A DNA stretch of 64,000 nucleotides from Trueperaceae bacterium (GTDB taxonomy: Bacteria > Deinococcota > Deinococci > Deinococcales > Trueperaceae). Under the pieces are notes generated by a model. That model was not told the DNA's origin and did not search any database. It worked only from the letters and a program-made list of their open reading frames with translations. Position numbers and translations under genes: made by a program. Every line of letters starts with the position of its first letter. The stretch's first letter is position 1. The stretch covers positions 64,001 through 128,000 of the forward strand of contig JAXHNB010000009.1 in the NCBI GenBank assembly GCA_034520945.1. Reading direction: 5' to 3'. This document shows positions 58,103-64,000 of the stretch, one piece after another.

Positions 58103-59614
58103 TCAATCCAGGTGGCGCCACACCGTGCGGAACCAGCGTTGGGCGTGGAACGGCACCCGTTCCAGACGTCCCTGCATCTCGAGCTCGGCGGCGTCCGCCA
58201 GGATCTCCCGTATCGTCATGGCGCCGCTCCAGTCCACCCGGCCGCACCCGGCCAGGTCGAACACCAGTCGGTCGGCGTCGCGGTGCTTGGCCAGGAGCCC
58301 CGGCATCGCCTCCTCCAGCCGCTGCGCGTTGCCGTACCACAACACCCCGCGTAGCGCCACGCGGAGCACGCCGTCCTCGCGTGTCACGTCGAGCTCGAGG
58401 GCCTGCTCGCGGCGGAGGTGCTGGCCGATCGCGAGCAGCACCCCGATCAGCACCGCCTCGTCGATGCGGGGGGCCAACGCCAGCGTCAGCACGAAGGTGG
58501 AAATGGCGATCACGCCTTGCGAGCGGCTGTCGCGCGCAACGGAGAACAGTTCGCCCAGACGCAACAGCGAGGTGACCGCCGAAATGATCACGCCGGCCAG
58601 GACCGCGGCGGGCAGGTGATCGAGGAGCGGGACGAGGGGCAGGGCCGCCAGCAGCGCGAGGCCGGTCACGAACCCGCTCCAGCGGGAGGTGGCGCCGGCC
58701 AGCCGGTTCACGGCGCTGCGCGAGAAGCTGGCCCCGACCGGGAACCCACCGAACAGGCCCGCGGCGACGTTGGCGGCGCCCTGGGCGACGAACTCCCGGT
58801 CGGGGTCCCACGGCCGGCGGGCGCGGGCGGCCAGGTCGCGCCCGATGGTGGCGGCCTCGCTGAACCCGACCAGCGCCAACACCAGCGCGCCGACCGCCAG
58901 GCGGGGGGCGGCCTGCCACGGCAGGTCCAGGCGGGGCGTGGGCCAGGCGTCGCCGACAGCGCCGACGACCGGCCCGCCGTACCCGGTCGCGATGCTGACC
59001 GCCAGGGCGGCACCGGCCGCGATCAGCACGCCCGGGACCAGCGGGTGGATTCGCCGGGCCGCCTGAACGATCAGCACCGTGCCCACCGCGTAGGCGATCG
59101 CGTGCAGATTCCAGGTGGATGCCGCGGTGAGCGCCTGCCAGGCGGGCCCGAGCACGCCCCGACCGCCCGCGACGCCCAGGACCGCCGGAATCTGCGATAG
59201 CAGGATCAGGACGGCGGCGGCGTTCAGAAAGCCGATCAATACCGGGCGCGACAGCAGGTACGCCACGCGGCCCCACCCCAGCAGCCCGATGGCGATGCGG
59301 ATCAGGCCCACCATCAGGGCCAGCAGGGCGGCCAGCGCGATCCAGCTGGGGGTCGAGGGGGCCGCCAGGGCGGAGAGCGTCCCGAAGGTCAGCAGGCTGG
59401 TCGTGGCGACCGGTCCGACCTGCAGTTCGCGGGCCGACAGGAACGGGGCGGCCACGAGCAGCGCCGGAATCACGGCGTGAAGCCCCGCCACCGGCGGCAG
59501 GCCCGCCAGGTCGGCGTACGCGAGGGCTTGGGGCAGGGCCACCAGCGCCACGCTGACGCCCGCGATCACGTCGGGCAGGCGTGGCCGCGTGGGGCGGAAG
59601 CGGGGGCGGCTCAC
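58103..59614 (-). CDS. SulP-family anion transporter with STAS domain
   Basis: PQALAYA, GPVAT, GASFSRSA, C-terminal STAS-like region. Confidence 0.9.
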   Translation of the reverse strand: MSRPRFRPTRPRLPDVIAGVSVALVALPQALAYADLAGLPPVAGLHAVIPALLVAAPFLSARELQVGPVATTSLLTFGTLSALAAPSTPSWIALAALLALMVGLIRIAIGLLGWGRVAYLLSRPVLIGFLNAAAVLILLSQIPAVLGVAGGRGVLGPAWQALTAASTWNLHAIAYAVGTVLIVQAARRIHPLVPGVLIAAGAALAVSIATGYGGPVVGAVGDAWPTPRLDLPWQAAPRLAVGALVLALVGFSEAATIGRDLAARARRPWDPDREFVAQGAANVAAGLFGGFPVGASFSRSAVNRLAGATSRWSGFVTGLALLAALPLVPLLDHLPAAVLAGVIISAVTSLLRLGELFSVARDSRSQGVIAISTFVLTLALAPRIDEAVLIGVLLAIGQHLRREQALELDVTREDGVLRVALRGVLWYGNAQRLEEAMPGLLAKHRDADRLVFDLAGCGRVDWSGAMTIREILADAAELEMQGRLERVPFHAQRWFRTVWRHLD

Positions 59615-59638
59615 GCGCCCGAACCTAGCATGCGGGCG

Positions 59639-60226
59639 TCAGCCGGCCTCGGCGTCCTCCACCCGTCCCGCCCCCAGCCGGTACACCGCGGCGTGGACGG
59701 CCAGGGCACCCTCGGCGATCCGGCCCGCCCACGCGTCGTCCTCTCGAAGCGCACCCGCGGTGGCGCGGACGTGCGCCCACACCGTCTCCTCGACCGGATC
59801 TTCTTCGTGCAGGCACGCGCGGGCGGCGGGCGCGATGTCGCGCACCAGCGGCGCCGAGGCGTCACCGCCGTCGCGCAGCGCGTCCACGGCCAGGCCGACG
59901 GCGCCGCAGCGTTCGTGCCCCAGCACGACCACCAGCGGCACGCGCAGTTCATGGACCGCGAAGTGGAGGCTGGCGCGCGCGTCTTCGCCGAGCACGTGGC
60001 CCGCCACGCGGACGGTGAACAGGTCGCCGAGGCCTTGGTCGAAGATCAGCTCGGGCGGCACGCGTGAGTCGGCGCACGACAGCACGGCGGCGAAGGGGCG
60101 TTGCCCGTCGCGCAACGCCGCCCGCCGGTCGGGGTCCTGGCGGGGATGCGCGGCCCGTCCTGCGGCGAAGCGGTCGTTTCCCTCTCGGAGCGCGGCCAGC
60201 GCGGCCGCGGGCGAAGCATCCGTCAT
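59639..60226 (-). CDS. Beta-class carbonic anhydrase
   Basis: CADSRV, RVAGH, GHERCGAV zinc ligands. Confidence 0.93.
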   Translation of the reverse strand: MTDASPAAALAALREGNDRFAAGRAAHPRQDPDRRAALRDGQRPFAAVLSCADSRVPPELIFDQGLGDLFTVRVAGHVLGEDARASLHFAVHELRVPLVVVLGHERCGAVGLAVDALRDGGDASAPLVRDIAPAARACLHEEDPVEETVWAHVRATAGALREDDAWAGRIAEGALAVHAAVYRLGAGRVEDAEAG

Positions 60227-60405
60227 GCCCCCATCCTACGCATCTTGGCCAGGGCCGGGCGTCGCGTTCGGGGCCGCGGTCTAGAGCGTTTCGCACGGAG
60301 GTTTGCGCTCGACCCGCACGCCCCCGTAAGGTAAATATCGCCCCCTGAATTTTCCTAGTCGTCGCCGCTAGGAAGATTCTCTGCCTTGCAGCCTAGGAGT
60401 CTCGA

Positions 60406-60816
60406 ATGCCACCGAACCGTCCGTCCGGCACCTACCACACGGTCACGACCACCGGCGAAGCCGCCCGGGCATTCATTCCCGACGCTCTTCCTCCACGGAT
60501 GACCGTCGAGCCGACCGGCGAAGCAGCGGAGCGCCATGAGCGGGCGACGCTGGCCCTCGGACGCCTGGACACGATTTCGAGGCTTCTGCCGGACAAGCGG
60601 CTGTTCCTATACATGTACGTCCGCAAGGAAGCCGTCCACTCCAGCCAGATCGAAGGGACGCAGTCGAGTCTCTCCGACCTTCTCCTCTTCGAGATGCACG
60701 AGCTCCCTGGTGTCCCGATCGACGATGTGGTCGAGGTAAGCAATTACGTCGCAGCCCTGGACCATGGCCTCAAGCGGATGCGTGACGACGCGTTCCCGCT
60801 CTCGTCTCGCCTACTG
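60406..60816 (+). pseudogene. Fic-family protein, N-terminal part only
   Basis: YVRKEAVHSSQIEGTQSSL, EVSNYV, PLSSRLL; catalytic HPFxDGNGR absent. Confidence 0.85.
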
Positions 60817-61618
60817 CATCCCACGTCTGTCCGAGGATCTCCTCGGGCACGATGAGGTTCCATTCTGGAATCAGGCGGCCGCCGCCGCGCTGGCCGCGCT
60901 CCAGGTAGTGCGCGTGGCTTGGGCGCATCGCACGCAACGCCGTCAGGTGCACTTCGTCCACCATCAGGGCCTCGGCGTGCTGCTCGAGGAAGTACCCGAC
61001 TTTCGCGCTGGTGGTGGCGTTGTCGAGCAGCTGCGCGTAGGCGAGCACGACGTCGAGATCGTAGAACTCCACGGCGGCGAGCGAGCGCCAGATCTCCTCC
61101 CAACTCCCGGAGAGGTTCGGACGATCGAGAACGTCCACGAGGGTGCGCTCGAGGCTCGTAACGCGCACCGGAAGCCCGTCGCGCTCCCGGGTGCTGACAG
61201 CGAAGTGCGTTTCTCCCGCTTCCAACAAAGCAACGGGGAATCGAGTACCGCGAAACACGGTACCCGCGAACGAAAATCGGGTGCGCGGCCGGGCGGCGGC
61301 GTACGTGACCTCGCTGCGGACGCTGTACGCTCGGTCGAAGAACGACAAGGCGCTGTGGTACGCCACCACGGCGTCGGGCGTGACGCGAGAAGCGACCAAG
61401 AAGGGGTCCACCACGAGGGGGTCGGTATCGCCCTCGTCAGGCACGCTTACGTAGAGGCCGCGCCGAACGCGGACGATGCGCCTCGCGTTCTGATAGTAGT
61501 CAAGCAGCCGCTCGCGGGTGCGCCGACCGGGCTCCCCACGAGACTTCAGGTGTCGGTCGAACTCATCCACCGTGAAGACGGGGTGGCTGCGCAGGAAGGA
61601 TGCATGACCCCGGGGCAT
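60770..61618 (-). CDS. AbiEi-like type IV TA antitoxin/regulator (orphan; last codons read into fic DNA)
   Basis: wHTH RVRRGLY, AYHSAL, VTSLERTLVDVLDRP, WNLIVP. Confidence 0.82.
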   Translation of the reverse strand: MPRGHASFLRSHPVFTVDEFDRHLKSRGEPGRRTRERLLDYYQNARRIVRVRRGLYVSVPDEGDTDPLVVDPFLVASRVTPDAVVAYHSALSFFDRAYSVRSEVTYAAARPRTRFSFAGTVFRGTRFPVALLEAGETHFAVSTRERDGLPVRVTSLERTLVDVLDRPNLSGSWEEIWRSLAAVEFYDLDVVLAYAQLLDNATTSAKVGYFLEQHAEALMVDEVHLTALRAMRPSHAHYLERGQRGGGRLIPEWNLIVPEEILGQTWDAVGETRAGTRRHASA

Positions 61619-61640
61619 CGTGGTTGACAATCTATCACAA

Positions 61641-61663
61641 AACCCACACGATTCATGTGGGTT
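61641..61663. promoter_or_regulatory. Inverted repeat in the abiEi promoter
   Basis: AACCCACA-N7-TGTGGGTT next to a TAGATT box on the minus strand. Confidence 0.55.
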
Positions 61664-61911
61664 GTCGTCTACATAGTCCAATCATTCAGACGCGAAGAAA
61701 CCCCGTTCGATCCGTGCATCGACTGCAAGAACTCTGCATCCGCTGGATTCGCGTCGACCAGTCCTCGGCCCTCGCCAAGGGGCCAGTGGCGTCCTCGTGA
61801 CCGCCGAGCAAGCGGTGTCCGCGGCGACGGGTCCGTTGGGCCTTCTCGCCGGGGACAGGCAGCGGGTCGAAGCGATCGGTCGCCGCACCGCCGCCGGTAC
61901 CCCAACGACGC

Positions 61912-63687
61912 TCAGGTCGTGCCCAGTGCGCCCGCCCCGCTGCCGCCCGCTCCGCCCGCCCCGGCCCCGTCCAGCGGGATCCCGAGGTGCCGGAGCGCGT
62001 GCGCAACGGACAGGTGCGCGATGCGGGTCCCGTAGCGTTCGGGCCAGCCTGCCCGCGCCAGCACGTCGCGGACCGGGCCCTTGACGCCGGCGAGGTGCAC
62101 CTCGATCCCCTGCTCTGCGAAGGTGTCGATCCGGTCGCGCAGCACGTCCAGCGCGACGCCGTCGACGTCGTTCACGGCGGCGAAGTCCAGCACGATGGCG
62201 CGAAGCTGCGGCCGTTCCGCCACCACGTCGTTCAGTTGGGTCTCCATCGCGGCCATGTTCGCGAAGTACAGCGCGGCATCGGGGCGCGTGAGGTAAAGCT
62301 CGGGCCAGGTGCGCGCTTGGGGATAGCGGTCGACGTTGCGGAACACGCCCTCGCTGGGCAACCAGCCGAGTTCGGCGGTGTGGGGCCAGGCGCTGCGGCC
62401 GACGAACACCAGCAGCGAGAAGGCGACGCCGGTGAGGATGCCGGTCTCGACGCCGAGCGACAGGGTGGCCAGGAAGGTGACGGCGAGGGTGAGGGCGTCG
62501 ACCTTCTTGACGCGCCACAGGTGGCGGGGCTCCTGGAGGTCGATCAGCCCGAACACCGCCACCATCACGATCGCGGCCAACACGGCCTGAGGCAAAAAGT
62601 AGAACGCATCGGTGAGGAACAGCAGGGTGAGGGCGATCAGCACCGCGGTCACGATGCCCGCCAAGGGCGTCCGGGCGCCGGCCTGATCGTTGACGGCGCT
62701 ACGGCTGAACCCGCCGGTGACGGGGTAGCCGCGGAAGAAGGCGCCGGCCACGTTGGCGAGGCCCAGGCCGATCAGTTCCCGGTTGGCGTCGACCTTGGCC
62801 CGGTGCTTGGCGGCGATGGCCTTGGCGACGGCGACGGACTCCATGAAGCCCACGAAGGCGATGGTCGCCGCAGCGGGCAGCAGTGCGCCCAACGCCCCGC
62901 CGCTCAGGTCCGGCACGCCCGGGAGGGGAAGGCCGGCGGGAACGTCGCCCACGATGGCGACGCCCCGTTCGTGCAGACCCAGGGCCCACACGATCACGCT
63001 GGACGCGATCACCACCACGAGCGGCGTCGGGAAGCGCCGTGCGAGGCGCTTGCCGAGCAGGAGCAGCCCGATCGAGGCCGCGCCGATCGCCAGCGTAAGG
63101 CCGTGCGTCGAGCCCAACTTCGTGGCGGCATCGAACAGGAACACGAACACGTTCTCTTCGCGCGGGAGCGGAATCCCGAGGAGGTGCTTCGCCTGGCTCA
63201 GCCCGATCACCAGGGCGGCCGCGCTGGTGAAGCCGCTGATCACGGCGTGGGACAGGAAGTTGACGACGAACCCGGCGCGCAACAGCCCCAGCACCGCCTG
63301 GATCAGGCCGACCATCAGCATCAGCGCCGCAGCCAGCGCCACGAACTCGGCGCTGCCCGGCTCCGCCAGGGCGCCGACGCCCGACAGGGTCAGCAGCGAG
63401 ACGATCGCCACCGGCCCCACCGCCAGCTGCCGCGAGGACCCGAACATGGCGTACACCAGCAGCGGCACCACGCTGGCGTACAGCCCGACCACCGGCGGCA
63501 GGCCGGCCAGCAGGGCGTAGGCCATGCCTTGGGGCACCAGCATCACGGCCGTGACCAGGCCGGCGATCAGGTCGCCGGACAGGTCGCGACGGTCGTAGTG
63601 CCGCGCCCAGCCGACGATCGGAAGCAGCCGCTCGATCCAAGGGCGGGCCCCGCGCGCGGCGGGTGAGCTACTCGACGGAGAGGCCAT
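61912..63687 (-). CDS. SulP-family sulfate/anion permease with STAS domain
   Basis: DLIAGLV, PQGMAYA, GSSRQLAVGP, TGGFSRSAVN, LYFAN. Confidence 0.93.
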   Translation of the reverse strand: MASPSSSSPAARGARPWIERLLPIVGWARHYDRRDLSGDLIAGLVTAVMLVPQGMAYALLAGLPPVVGLYASVVPLLVYAMFGSSRQLAVGPVAIVSLLTLSGVGALAEPGSAEFVALAAALMLMVGLIQAVLGLLRAGFVVNFLSHAVISGFTSAAALVIGLSQAKHLLGIPLPREENVFVFLFDAATKLGSTHGLTLAIGAASIGLLLLGKRLARRFPTPLVVVIASSVIVWALGLHERGVAIVGDVPAGLPLPGVPDLSGGALGALLPAAATIAFVGFMESVAVAKAIAAKHRAKVDANRELIGLGLANVAGAFFRGYPVTGGFSRSAVNDQAGARTPLAGIVTAVLIALTLLFLTDAFYFLPQAVLAAIVMVAVFGLIDLQEPRHLWRVKKVDALTLAVTFLATLSLGVETGILTGVAFSLLVFVGRSAWPHTAELGWLPSEGVFRNVDRYPQARTWPELYLTRPDAALYFANMAAMETQLNDVVAERPQLRAIVLDFAAVNDVDGVALDVLRDRIDTFAEQGIEVHLAGVKGPVRDVLARAGWPERYGTRIAHLSVAHALRHLGIPLDGAGAGGAGGSGAGALGTT

Positions 63688-63985
63688 GCTGGATCCAGCC
63701 TTGGGTCCCCTCCGCGAGATTGGCGAGGCCGGTCTTGCCCTGCTGCGCCAACCAGGCGCAGGCGCGACCGGATCGGTTGCCGGTCGCGCAGACGAGGACG
63801 GCGCCGTCGGGGATCTCCTCGGCGCGGGCGCTCACCTCGCCGAGCGGCAGCAAAAGGGCGCCAGGAACGTGTCCCTGCGCGTACTCCGAGGGTTCACGGA
63901 CGTCGATGACGGTCGCGCCGTCTTCGATGCGCCGCAGGGCTTCGTAGGCGTCGATGTCGTCGTAGGTGTCACGCGGGGCGGACAC
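63668..63985 (-). CDS. Rhodanese-domain sulfurtransferase (may extend past the window end)
   Basis: IDVREPSEY, GHVPGA, CATGNRS; no upstream in-frame stop in the window. Confidence 0.88.
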   Translation of the reverse strand: MSAPRDTYDDIDAYEALRRIEDGATVIDVREPSEYAQGHVPGALLLPLGEVSARAEEIPDGAVLVCATGNRSGRACAWLAQQGKTGLANLAEGTQGWIQHGLSVE

Positions 63986-64000
63986 CCGGGATGGGGGGGT

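Noticed and set aside
1..64000. CRISPR array, retron/DGR reverse transcriptase, prophage or rRNA
   Set aside because: No regularly spaced repeats, RT motifs, phage structural genes or rRNA-like stretches recognised by eye

Overview
GC-rich bacterial chromosomal window. Gene content and frequent leaderless TANNNT promoters suggest Deinococcota (Truepera-like); this is an inference. Left to right: 3' part of hypE plus a BFD-like Fe-S protein; an ECF sigma/ZAS anti-sigma pair divergent from a secreted triple-repeat protein, with twin promoter motifs; hemG, a ScyD/ScyE-like protein and a cytochrome c; a TetR-MFS unit; an FGGY kinase and a membrane-anchored GH31 carrying YihQ sulfoquinovosidase motifs; a PAS-GGDEF-EAL protein; several PLP enzymes; TA modules; an S8 lipoprotein protease; a decayed ~4.9 kb islet integrated at tRNA-Val(CAC) (pflB/MFS deletion scar, two TA pairs, IS481 end, OsmC/TetR); a P-type ATPase; an L-rhamnose uptake/catabolism cluster followed by lutABC; PGM/PMM; two SulP transporters with a beta-carbonic anhydrase and a rhodanese, separated by a truncated Fic/AbiEi islet. 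Several genes carry small indels that may be sequencing errors, while others carry nonsense changes or large deletions that look like real decay. No CRISPR array, rRNA, integrase or reverse transcriptase was recognised. Family assignments come from motif recognition by eye, not database searches.
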